A stretch of 64,000 bases of DNA from a virus. Its lineage: Duplodnaviria > Caudoviricetes. Position 1 is the first letter of the stretch. Every line of letters begins with the position of its first letter. This document shows, in pieces, positions 53,183 to 64,000 of this stretch. The translations under genes and the position numbers were made by a program. Below the pieces are notes generated by a model that ran no database searches, had not been told where the DNA came from, and saw only the letters and a list, made by a program, of their open reading frames with translations. Location of the stretch: IMG/VR virus record IMGVR_UViG_3300021400_000252, one strand, 5' to 3'.

Positions 53183-54067
53183 ATGTTAACTCAAGCTGAA
53201 ATTAAACAAGTAATAACTCGTAATAATCTAAGTGGATCCTCTGAAGAAACAGGTGTATACTTAGTCCATATTCCATTATTCGATACAGTAACAAAAATTA
53301 ATACACTTGTTTATGCTCATGCATTATACAATGATGCAGGATATGGTTCATATGAAGTCGGTGATTTAGTGTGGGTTGGTTTTGAAAAGAATGAAGCCGG
53401 TAAGCCAGTAATTCTTGGAAGGATGTATCAAGGAAGAGAGTTAGCCACACTTAAAAATAAATATAAATCTCAAGTTACTGGTAAGGATTTAGATATTAAA
53501 GAAAAAGCATCATTACCTTATGATACTTTATTTAAAGATAAAACATTTGCAAGTCTTAATACTGATGTAATTAATTTAAATGAAAAAGTTGAAAAACTGC
53601 TTCCATTAGTTGAACTTCAAAATGCTGATACAATGGATACTGAACAAAGATACATTCGAACTAAGAATATTAAGTATAGTGCTGAAAAAACGTTTTATAA
53701 TAATGTTAAATCAACTCAAGCAGAAGTTTATACATATAACTTACTTATTCCATCTCAACAAGTATTTACTAGAATGAGCGTAGCTGCTTTATCGAGTTAT
53801 TCGCCTAATTATAAATTACCAAATGGTGATTTAATCATTCATAATATTAATGCTTACTGTTTACTTACAGAAAGTAATCAATCAAGACATTTAAATATTA
53901 GTCCATATATTTATATTCAAACTGTTGGATATGGTAAATCTAAAACTAATGATATATTTTTTGATACTATAAGATTTTGTGAAGACTTTGATATTAGTTC
54001 TCAATTTAGTATTACTTTAGATTACTTATCTTTAAATATTGAATATTCAAACATTACAAAGAAATAA
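53183..54067 (+). CDS. Baseplate spike protein with a gp5/gpV-like OB-fold N-terminus
   Basis: EVGDLVWVGFEKNEAGKPVILG; located between the hub and gp25 genes. Confidence 0.75.
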   Translation: MLTQAEIKQVITRNNLSGSSEETGVYLVHIPLFDTVTKINTLVYAHALYNDAGYGSYEVGDLVWVGFEKNEAGKPVILGRMYQGRELATLKNKYKSQVTGKDLDIKEKASLPYDTLFKDKTFASLNTDVINLNEKVEKLLPLVELQNADTMDTEQRYIRTKNIKYSAEKTFYNNVKSTQAEVYTYNLLIPSQQVFTRMSVAALSSYSPNYKLPNGDLIIHNINAYCLLTESNQSRHLNISPYIYIQTVGYGKSKTNDIFFDTIRFCEDFDISSQFSITLDYLSLNIEYSNITKK

Positions 54068-54073
54068 TATAAA

Positions 54074-54111
54074 AAAAATAAAGTTATTAAATATTTAATA
54101 ACTTTATTTTT
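54074..54111. terminator. Long A/T-rich palindrome, probable terminator
   Basis: AAAAATAAAGTTATTAAATATTTAATAACTTTATTTTT is self-complementary. Confidence 0.55.
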
Positions 54112-54121
54112 ACTTTTAATT

Positions 54122-54130
54122 GCTAAATTA
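54122..54130 (+). promoter_or_regulatory. Putative late promoter GCTAAATTA
   Basis: TTGCTAAATTATATAG. Confidence 0.7.
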
Positions 54131-54157
54131 TATAGTTAGTTGTAAAGGAGATTAAAA

Positions 54158-54541
54158 ATGCGTTCAATTAAATTTCCAAATATGTTTAATACGAATAGTA
54201 CTAATGTATGAAAGTCTTCTGAGTATAAAGAAGCAACCGCACAAAACACAGAATTAGTTCTATTAAGTGAACGTCGTTCTTTAATCGGTGACCCATTCTG
54301 GGGTGGATTAATCGATTCATTAACTTTTGAACAAAACTCTCAAATGACATCTGAAATTTTGGCTGATGTAATTTATGAACAAGTTTCAATTTTTATACCT
54401 CAGTTAAAAATTAGACGTGAAGATATAGTTATAAGACGTGAATCAGGAAAAATATATGCAGATATTCATGGAATAAATCAAATAGATTATCAAAATGATC
54501 TTTACACTTTAATACTTTCAAATAATTCATTAAACGAGTAA
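54158..54541 (+). CDS. Baseplate wedge / sheath initiator (T4 gp25-like); one TGA-Trp at 54209
   Basis: MRSIKFP...QNTELVLLSERRSLIGDPFWG..I..LTFEQN...FIPQL; AAGGAG RBS. Confidence 0.85.
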
Positions 54542-54556
54542 ACAGGAGAATGAAAT

Positions 54557-57500
54557 ATGATAAATAATAAAGATATCGCTGCAATTGAATTATCACCAAC
54601 TGCTAAAGATTATTATCAAATATGGAACGAATTACTAGAGACTGCAAAAAAGCTTTCTGCTAGATGGGATCCAACAACAACAAATGAATCAGATCCTGGT
54701 ATCGTTTTATTAAAAGTTATTACAGCTATTGTAGATAGACTAAATTTCCAAAATGATATTACAGCTCTTGAAGTTTTTATGCCATCTGCATCTGAATTTG
54801 AAAGTATGCAAAAATTATGTAATATGATGGGATATAATATTAAATATTATCAATCAGCAACAACTGATGTTACGTTATATTATAGTGGACAAAAAGAATG
54901 GACAGAGTCTTCTTATTTAATTCCAATGTTTACTGCTTTTACAAATGCAGATAAAAGTATAAATTATTTTACAACTGAACCAAAATATTTAACAAAGAAT
55001 TCATACGGAGTTCTATTACCTTGTATTGAAGGACAAATAGAACAATGTGAATCAGATAATGATAATATTATTTCTATTTATCAATTAGATGATAATCATA
55101 GATATTATTTCTCTGAAACTCAAGTTGCTCAAAATGGTATCTTTGTTTTCAATATTAATGATGGAAATAAGAGTGAAAGATGGACTGAAGTAGATAATTT
55201 AAATTCTCAACAAGCAAAGAGTAAAGTATATAAATTTGGATTTGATTCTAGATTAGCAAAACCATTCATCGAATTCCCTGAAGATATTAGTTCAATAATT
55301 GAAGACGGTCTAGAAATTTATTATACTAGAACATCTGGTATTAGTGGAAATATTAGTGCTCGTGAATTAAGTGCTTTCGTAACAGTACCTTCAACATTAA
55401 GCGATGGACTTGATGGTGATTCAGCAAACTATACTATTGTTAATGCTTCATCATCAACTAATGGAGCTAATATTGAATCAATTCCTGAAGCTTATACTAA
55501 TTATAAAAAGACAATAGGTACTTTTGATACATTAATTAATTGTAGAGATTATATGAATAAAATCTATCAATTAAAAGATGATGCAAATATTGATTTAGTT
55601 TCAAATTGTTTAGTTTCAGATATTAATAATGATATTAACCACTCTATTAAATTATGTACATATAATGATTATGGAATTTATTATAAGAACGTTCAAACTT
55701 CTGATGATTCTCCTATTGATAACTTTACATTAACATTATATCCATTTAAGAGAGTAAATAATTTAAATACTAAATCTGAGTACTTAAATTCATTTAAATT
55801 GGATAGAAGTGTTTTAACAGATATTGAAACTAAGCTTGAAAATCTTAAGACATTAGTTCATAAATTTAGATTACCTTCTGAAGAATACGGTGACAATAAA
55901 GAACCAGAAATTGTTGCAATTAAGAATTACTTACAATTAAAGGCTATCATTACTACTACTGAAAGAGTAAATAAAGCCGAGCAAAGCGTAATTCTAGCAA
56001 ACATTAAGACTGCAATTTATGAAAACTTTAATTTACGTAAATTAGATTTTAGTGAACAAATTCCATATGAAAGCATACTAGAAGTAATCACTAATGCAGA
56101 TAAAAGAATTAAGAATGTTAACTTAGACGAACCAACATTATTAACAAAATTTTTATTAGCAAATAATAATGAATATAGTGTTGCTAGTACTTATTCTATA
56201 GATCAATCAAATAAAAAATTTAATAACTTAAGTGGTGAAGAACAATTAAGTAGAAAGATATATAATAAACTTGCACTTAGAAATATCTTAGCTGGAAAGC
56301 TTGAGTTATTTAATTATAATACTGAATTTAAATCATCATTCACTGAAGCTAAATATCCAGACACTACTACTATTAGTGTTGTAACACCAAAGGCAGGAGA
56401 TTTAGAAAGATATGGTGTTGTAAAAATTAATACAGCAACTCAATATGATTTAAATAGTACTGGAGATAAAAAATTAACTAATGGTGAAATAATTCAATTT
56501 AGATCTAAAAATCTAAGAACAACAATTACATATCCAGCATATGTAAATTATTATTTATCATTAAAAAATACTTCAGGATTGGATAATTCAGCAAAACCTG
56601 CATCATTTATCACTTTATATGATTGTTTAATGTATTTAGGTAAATCATCAAGTACTCCATTATCATTTAGTACAAGTCAGAGTTCATTTACTTTTACACC
56701 TACTTCTATCTCAAATGAAGTTGAATTTAATGCTTACGATGGTAGAGAAATCTTATTTGTACAATCTACAACAGATAGTACTAAATATAACACAGGAAAT
56801 GGTTGAGTAAATGACCAACGTCAAAGATTCGTAAGTGACACTACATATTATACTTTAAATGTAAAAGCTGCAGATAATTTCTACGCATTAGTTTCTTATA
56901 TTAAAAAGAAAATTCTTGTTAACTCAATTTATTATGACGGAATTTATAAATGTTTAGGTGCAAGCAAGAATTATATTCCAGGATACTTAATTGATCAAAA
57001 TCAATATAAATATACTAGATTACTTTTTGCTCCAGTTAATGGTAGCTGGACTAGTTACTTTGTTCAAGATCCAACTAATGGATATGCTAAAGCAGAAAAT
57101 AATTATAGCTTAGGTAAGGATGCTGTTCTAGAAGGTCTTGCAAAGAATGGTGAATATCAATTAAAAGATGGAGAATTCTTATTAATTAATTACACTAATT
57201 CAGAAACAGAAACTGACGGTACATCACAAAAAGAAACCATAATAAATAAATATTATGGAAAAGGAACTATAATTAGACCTAATTTTAAAATGGTTGATTC
57301 AATTCAAAAGTTCAATGCTGGTAGTTCTTATACTAAAACAGATATAGATTTTAAAACTGCATTCGACGAAGCTAACGTTCAATTAACAAATACTGTTTAT
57401 TCATTATTTACATTAGGTTCTGATGAACAAATTGAGATAAGAGAATTTGCTGATATTTATTTAGATTCAAACACAGTGTACTTATATTGGAATTTAAATA

Positions 57501-59395
57501 ATAGTTCAAATGTATTAAGACTTAAGTTTGAATCAAAGAAAACTGTTGGTGGTTATAATGTATATACTCACACTTATACTCTAAGTGAGAATGAATATAT
57601 TTATTATTCAGATCAAAATCAATTAGACATGGCATATTATGGAAATGGTACAAAGATTTCTATGAAACAATATGTCTCAGTTTCAACTTCTGTTGATGAA
57701 TCAGAATTACGAGCTGATAGAACATTCTATATTAAAGATAAGACTGTAAATAATGAAACAATTTTAACTGAAGGATTAAGAAGTATTCCTTGGCAAAAAT
57801 TTAACTTTGATTCACACTCTATTGATTCAAATAAAACATTCATGGTTTTAACTGAATATAATTATATAAATTTAATCGAAGGTGATTATATTGTTAACTT
57901 AGAATTAGATACTGAAGATTCAGATGAGTCTGATGGCTCAGCATTAGCGAGTGAACAAAAAATTGGTAATGACTGAGTTAAAATTAAGCAAAACAGTCTA
58001 GTTAGTTATTATTCAGACGGTGTTTACAAAGAATTACCAAAATTAGATTTTGAAGATAAAGAAAATTACTGGGAAGTCTCTTGTAAATTAGTTTTAAACT
58101 GTGGACCGGATTTAGATCAAACATTAGTAAATACTAATGATACAATTACTTTACATTTATTAAGTAAGACTATAATTAATGATATTATTAATAGTTATAA
58201 TGAGACTGGTGCGGATATTAAAGGAAGTATTGATAGCAAGATTGCAGAATATACTCAATCACCAGACCAATCAAATTATAAACCAATAGAATTAAAGAAA
58301 ACTAATAATCAATATCCATTAAACTTAAAATCTAATTATGAATTAAGAAATGCATATGGTGATATTTATACTTTAATTCAGACTACAGATTCTGATACTG
58401 GTGAAGATACATTTATTTATGACTTTAAAGTTAAATCAACTAGTATAAATAATCTTACAACTGCTTTAAATACATCATTAAATCAATCATTACATAACGT
58501 AAGTGATAATTTAACAAGATTTTCATTCAATGAAATCTTCAACTCAAGATTAGTTACTCAAAATCTTGATTATAAACCAAATGATGATAATGTTAATCTA
58601 AGTTTATTACTTCCAATTGAAAATGCTGGTGCAGGTACAACTCAAACAAATTGGCAATATGGAATAGTGATGATTTATTATATTAAAAATCAAACTACTA
58701 AGACAAATGTTCAAGATGTTGCAATAACACTTTCAACCGCTACATCTGCACCAACACCAAAGATATTTGGAAACTTTGTTAAAGATCCAGAAGATAATCT
58801 ATCAAATGTAGATCCATCTAAATTTGGTTGGTGGAACCAAGACAGTGATAGTTTAAGTGCTGATACATATTATAGTTATAATAGTGGTACTTATTATAAA
58901 TTAAAACCAGGAATAAACATTTTATATATTCCATCATCAGTTACATTAAAGATTTATCCAGATGTTTATTCTGACGATGGTGGTACTACATATAAATTAA
59001 AATGTGAAGATTCGATCATCATATCTGATTTAAGTTTAGTTAATGCAACTAGAGATAATATCTTCGGAATTAATTTAGATTTAGTTCATTATTATATTAC
59101 AACTAAAGCTTCACCAAGTGATAATGAAGTTAGTGATATTGGAAAGCAATTAATTCTTGATATTAGTAAGATAGATAAAGATAATGAATTCTTCTACAAT
59201 TCTCCTATTAACAATAATAATGCAATTGATATTAACACAAAAGCATTAGATGTTAATGGAGATAATGAGAGTTTACAAAGTCCAAATATTTGGTACAGCA
59301 GAAACAATGTAAATAATCCATATGTAATTTCTGAAATCGATATAAAGTCAGTTGATAGTAATATTCAAATAGCTAGATCTTCAATGAAGAATTAA
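54557..59395 (+). CDS. Large baseplate wedge protein (gp6/gpJ-like N-terminus, 1612 aa); TGA-Trp at 56804 and 57974
   Basis: KDY..I, ESDPGIVLL, MMGYNIKYYQSATT, TNGANIES and RDY. Three track ORFs share one frame. Confidence 0.85.
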
Positions 59396-59405
59396 GGAGA
59401 CATTT

Positions 59406-60104
59406 ATGATAAAGATTCAAGATGAAACTCCAAGCATTTATTATAACAAATCTCGAGACTTCCAATTTATTGGTAGATTATTCGAGATTATGTTAAATTA
59501 TTCAAAAACAAATACAGATCTATTATATAGTTTACCTTCTAAAAATACTGACTTTGCAGATTTATTAGCTCTAACACTTGGAATCAACTTAAAACATGAT
59601 TATAATACAGATCAGTTAATGGCTATTTGTAGTATATTTCCAACAATTCTAAAAAATAAAGGAACATTTAATGCATTAAAGTTAGTCGGTGATACTATTC
59701 TTCATGCAGAAGGTATCACTGATAACTTCGATTATCAATTTGATTCAGATAATTACACATTAACAATCTTCATTCCTATAGAATTAACAGATTTAAGTTT
59801 ATTTAATGATTTATTAGAATATATTTTACCGGCTGGTGTTTGTTATAATATTGTAAAAACAACAAGAGTAAAAGAAGTGATAACTCAAAAATTTGATTTA
59901 AACGAAAAAATGACTATCACAAAATTAGACCTTGAAAGAACAGCTAAATTAAGAAAAGAGTATGATAGTAAACATACTCAAATAGGTGCTCAACCTGGAT
60001 ATTTAATTAATACAGGAATTATTAGACCTACAAGTACCTTAGATAAACCTAAGGAAACAACCACAGATAATATTGTTTATCAAGATGACAAGTTATCTGA
60101 ATAA
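59406..60104 (+). CDS. Baseplate wedge protein (gp7/gpI-like)
   Basis: LLALTLG, ILKNKGT..AL and LEYILPAG. Confidence 0.75.
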   Translation: MIKIQDETPSIYYNKSRDFQFIGRLFEIMLNYSKTNTDLLYSLPSKNTDFADLLALTLGINLKHDYNTDQLMAICSIFPTILKNKGTFNALKLVGDTILHAEGITDNFDYQFDSDNYTLTIFIPIELTDLSLFNDLLEYILPAGVCYNIVKTTRVKEVITQKFDLNEKMTITKLDLERTAKLRKEYDSKHTQIGAQPGYLINTGIIRPTSTLDKPKETTTDNIVYQDDKLSE

Positions 60105-60126
60105 TATATAGAAAGTTGAGTGTAAT

Positions 60127-60714
60127 ATGACTGATACTTATTTAGACTCATTACAATACACTGGAACAATTATTGTTAAAGAATTTAAAGGTAAAGAGTT
60201 AATAAAAATAAATAAATTTCATAATCAAGGTTGTGATCCGTTATTTAGATTCTTTGCAAAGTGTCTTGGAGGAGATTTTGCTTCTGCAAAATTATTAAAA
60301 CCAACTAAGATAAAATTATTTGATGTTATTAATAAAAATTCCGATTCGCCTGCTGGATTTGATTTTAGTACTACATCAATGAGAAATGTATCTACTGATT
60401 TTATTTATTTAGATACAAATGTATTTGTACAAGAAGATAAAGCTACCTTTAGATTTTCAATTCCATATTCATATCTAATTGGTAGCTTCCTATCTGTTAT
60501 TGGATTATATGCTGATTCAGAAACAAATGATAAAGCACCTTGTGCTTATTATCTACTAACAAAAGAAGTTGTACAGAATTATAATAAGATATTAGAATGG
60601 GATCCAGTAGATATTCGAGATAAAAACCATAACTTTAGTTTATTAGTTGAATGAACAATGCAAGTAAGTAATCCAGAAAAAATTAAAGAGAATAATGTTG
60701 TTAGTAGTAATTAA
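60127..60714 (+). CDS. Baseplate-fibre adaptor-like protein; one TGA-Trp at 60652
   Basis: HNQG, VIGLY and terminal FSLLVEWTMQV; TAA at 60712 overlaps the next RBS. Confidence 0.65.
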
Positions 60715-60725
60715 GGAGAAAAAAC

Positions 60726-63110
60726 ATGGCTATAAATTATTTTAAAAGTGATAATGTAGAAGTTTATCCTTCAGCATATAGAGGAACATATAAAAAAGAT
60801 AATGAATTATATACTTATAATGTTGAAAGTTCAATTTATACAGAAGTAAATCATACATTATTCTCACATATTAATAAAGATACTTACATTATTACTGATC
60901 CAGATAAAGTCTCAAAAAATAATCCACTTGAAGTATTGATTCATGGATATTATTTTAAAATACTTAATCCAAGTGAGCTTTTTGATACAACAGGTAAATT
61001 CAATATTAGTTATTTAGGTATTAGAACTAAGTTAGTTCCTATTGGTACAGATCAAAATAGTACAATTTTATGTGCATTTACTAATGATACTAATGTTGAT
61101 AGTACTGGAACATTAGATGTAGCAAATGGTGATTTTGTCGGACTAGCTTATTCAAAAGATGTTAAACCTGTAGAAGGCCAATCATCTGAATATAAATACT
61201 ATTTCTTAGACTTTACTACTAATGACAAAAATGAATTATACGGTAAAATCAAAAATGTTGATTTAGAAGACGATATTATAACTACAGAAAAAATAGTTGA
61301 TCAAAGTGTTACTACAGACAAATTACATGATGGTGATATCACAACTGAAAAAGTTAAAGATGAAGCTATTACTCATGAAAAAATAGCTGATAATGCTATT
61401 GAAAATAATAATATTAAAAATAATACTATTGAAAATGTAAAGCTTCTTAATAAAACTATTGAAGGTAATAAGATTAAAGACAGTACTATCGGTACAAGTC
61501 ATATTATTGATAAAGCAGTTACTTCTAAGAAAATTGCTGAAAGTAATGTATTAACTGAGCATATCAAAGACGATAATATTACTTTTGATAAACTTGGACC
61601 TGGAGCTATTAAATATGATCCAGATAAACGTATTATAGCTGATGATGCAATTAGAGCAAGTAATATTGCTGCTAATAGTATTATTGAAGAGAAAATTCAA
61701 AACTCAGCAGTAACAACTAAGAAAGTAAATGATAAAGCAATTACAACAGAAAAAATCGCAGATAAAGCGGTTACAAACGATAAGATTGCTCAAAGTGCAG
61801 TAAAGACTGATAATTTAGATTCTAATGCGATTATTTATGGTGCTAAATATATTGTAAATGCTAGTGGAAATGGAAATAGATATACTCGTAGCGATAAATT
61901 ATTATTTATTGACAATGGTGAAATTAAAGAAAGTAACGTTAACATTGGTTCTGTAAATAACCCAGTATATTTAGATAATGGTATATTTAAGTCAGTTAAT
62001 AGAACTGGTTCTTATTCTAAACCAATTGTTGGAATAAATGATTTAAACTATGCTTTTGTTAATGATGGTATTCAATTTAATAGTTATGCAAAAATTTATC
62101 TTTCAGGAAATAAATTATATGTAAATAGATCATTAGATTTATCAAATAATAATATTGAAAATATTAAAAAGATTAATGTAGGTGAACTTAATGCAAATAC
62201 GTTTACAGCTCAAACATTTAAAGTAAGTGGTTCTATTATTTGTTATGGTAGTCCAAGTATTAAACTTGCAGGTGGACAAAACATTGTTTTCCAAGATGTA
62301 CCAAGTGAGCATACTGGAACTAAATTATTTATTAAGACAAATAATAATGGAATAAAACTATCTGCAGAACATTATGCTTATAATCCTAGTTCATGTTCTA
62401 GTACAAAAGATACAGAAAATTATTTATGGTTAACAAAAGATTATACTCAGTTAAATAAAAAATTATGTGGTACTGGAAGTCTTATTCTAACAAACTCTAG
62501 TTCTGAATCTTCTCGAATAACACTAAATAGTTCAGATATTAGTATTAAAACTGATACTATAGTTTTGAATAATGATACTAAGATTTCAAATGGTAGAGTT
62601 CGATTCATTAAAACTCCTTACTTTAACAAAGGTATATATTCTGATACTTTTGACCTAACATATTCTTGATGGTCAAATCTTTGAAAATATAGTGATTATT
62701 ATTATAATAGTTCTCTATTACAGGATATAGTTGCAAACACAATACATGATCGTGGATATACATCCAGTACATTAATATTAATAGAAGGAGTTGTTTACTT
62801 TAACTTAAGTTATCATGATAGTGATCAACTTCGAAGAAGAATCGGTATACCATTTGCAATAAGTGCTTACTATTATAGTAATGGAAATTATGTTGATAAA
62901 CTTCCTGATTCTTATGATCAGAGTTATGTTGCTGTTGCAAATCTAGATTATTTATTAGGATGGGATAAAGATAATGGAGGTATTTATCTAGAAATCGAAA
63001 ATAGAGAATTTAGACTTAGAGGATTTAAAGGACAAGGAAGCAATAACGAAGTATTTCAATATATCGATAAGCCTGGAATCATTATTTCTAGAATTAGTAC
63101 ATTACATTAA
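60726..63110 (+). CDS. Tail fibre / receptor-binding protein (794 aa); TGA-Trp at 62667 and 62682
   Basis: 10-residue repeats of the ITTEKIADKA type. The frame stays open to TAA at 63108, just before a terminator. Confidence 0.8.
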
Positions 63111-63142
63111 TATTTAATTAAACTTAAATATAAATATTATTT

Positions 63143-63186
63143 AAAAGAGATAATATCTAATATATATTATCTCTTTTTATTTTTTA
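63143..63186 (+). terminator. Intrinsic terminator ending the structural module
   Basis: AAAAGAGATAATAT/ATATTATCTCTTTT followed by T-runs. Confidence 0.7.
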
Positions 63187-63292
63187 TAAAATTAAATAAA
63201 AAATTTTATAAAAAATATATAAATATTATATAAATATATACTATAATAATGTATAATATAATAGAGATATAATATATAAGGAGTTTTATTAT

Positions 63293-63580
63293 ATGGAAAA
63301 TAAATTTATAAAAATTACTTGTCCACATTGCGGAGCAGAATATACTTTAGATGAAATTTATCTTTCTAAATATTTAACAGGAACTTCTAATACTGTAGTT
63401 AAAAATGCTTTAGGAAAGATTTTAGCTGTAGATTATGATGAAGAACCAGATTTATCAGAACAATATATTTGTGATTATTGTAATAAAGAATTCAATGTAG
63501 ATTTAGAAATTAAAGTAAAGACTGAAGATGTTGAAGAAGAAGTTAACTTTACATCTACAGAACCAGTTTCATTATTCTAA
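63293..63580 (+). CDS. Zinc-ribbon protein
   Basis: CPHC...CDYC; AAGGAG RBS. Confidence 0.75.
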   Translation: MENKFIKITCPHCGAEYTLDEIYLSKYLTGTSNTVVKNALGKILAVDYDEEPDLSEQYICDYCNKEFNVDLEIKVKTEDVEEEVNFTSTEPVSLF

Positions 63581-63879
63581 TGATTTATATTACAGAATTA
63601 AGACCACCTAAGAAATTAAGTGGAAAATCTTCATTTTTAATAAAGTATAGTAAATATGTACCAGAATTATTATCATTAATATTTAGTTATAATAAAGTTA
63701 AACCATATTATTATTTTGAAAAAGCACATGAATGGGAAATAAGTTGTGTTAATTTAAAAGAATTTATGGATGAAGCTATTAAATATGATGATATAACTCT
63801 AACATTAGTAAAAGATGAACCGACTTTAATTAAGTCTGATATGCCATCATGGTTAATATATTTCTTAAATAAATTTTAA
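63580..63879 (+). CDS. Hypothetical protein (weakly HARP-domain-like)
   Basis: TAATG coupling; F...Y.PELL..I...YY.EKAHEWEI pattern. Confidence 0.5.
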   Translation: MIYITELRPPKKLSGKSSFLIKYSKYVPELLSLIFSYNKVKPYYYFEKAHEWEISCVNLKEFMDEAIKYDDITLTLVKDEPTLIKSDMPSWLIYFLNKF

Positions 63880-63890
63880 AAGAGTTAAAT

Positions 63891-64000
63891 ATGATAGAAT
63901 TATTTTATAAATATAAAGATATAGATAATAATTTAATCTTTGAATTAAAATATAATAAAAATTTAATATATAATTCTTTAGAAATTAAACCAGGTGAAAA
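63891..64000 (+). CDS. Partial ORF at the window edge
   Basis: ATG at 63891, with the frame open to the end of the window. Confidence 0.4.
   Translation, partial: MIELFYKYKDIDNNLIFELKYNKNLIYNSLEIKPGE

Noticed and set aside
8453-54389. Short minus-strand and alternative-frame track ORFs (e.g. 13904, 16357, 17972, 18614, 27559, 29613, 32317, 39066, 46124, 46627, 47531, 54201)
   Set aside because: They are shadows of well-supported plus-strand genes, arise from codon bias and low-complexity regions, and lack RBSs.
25788-63110. Decayed prophage with many pseudogenes
   Set aside because: All interruptions are in-frame TGA with no frameshifts or premature TAA/TAG, and motifs are intact on both sides. 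No integrase or host genes are seen.
60726-63290. Diversity-generating retroelement or invertible fibre cassette
   Set aside because: No reverse transcriptase, template repeat, invertase or duplicated tip sequence is visible in the window.
1-64000. tRNA genes, including a UGA suppressor
   Set aside because: Intergenic gaps are short and A/T-rich, and I saw no cloverleaf or T-loop signature. Such genes may lie outside the window.

Overview
This window is 64 kb of a very AT-rich, gene-dense, lytic T4-like (myovirus) phage genome. It reads TGA as Trp (genetic code 4). The supplied ORF track is fragmented for this reason: by hand I find 26 in-frame TGA codons in 19 genes. Reading them as Trp restores the terminase, portal, prohead protease, neck, sheath, tape measure, baseplate, tail fibre and Mre11 genes, often at conserved Trp motifs. 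Layout: 1-4.8 kb (minus strand) is a nucleotide metabolism and probable DNA sugar-modification cluster plus Mre11. About 4.9-5.1 kb is an almost pure A/T strand-switch region. 5.1-13.4 kb holds Rad50, candidate transcription factors, a catalytically dead peptide deformylase and topoisomerase IA. 13.5-25.7 kb is a late-promoter block with a MoxR AAA+ / HExxH peptidase / vWA module, a nucleotidyltransferase and a SWIM protein, most carrying prohead-protease-like L-x-E sites. 25.8-63.1 kb is the head, neck, contractile tail, baseplate and fibre module. Main hypotheses: (1) sparse TGA codons act as a translational gate on virion assembly; (2) the MoxR-peptidase-vWA and NTase proteins are protease-processed, head-packaged cargo; (3) there is an unannotated +1 frameshift in the tail chaperone; (4) there is a DNA glycosylation module. 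Family assignments come from motif recognition only, and no searches were run.
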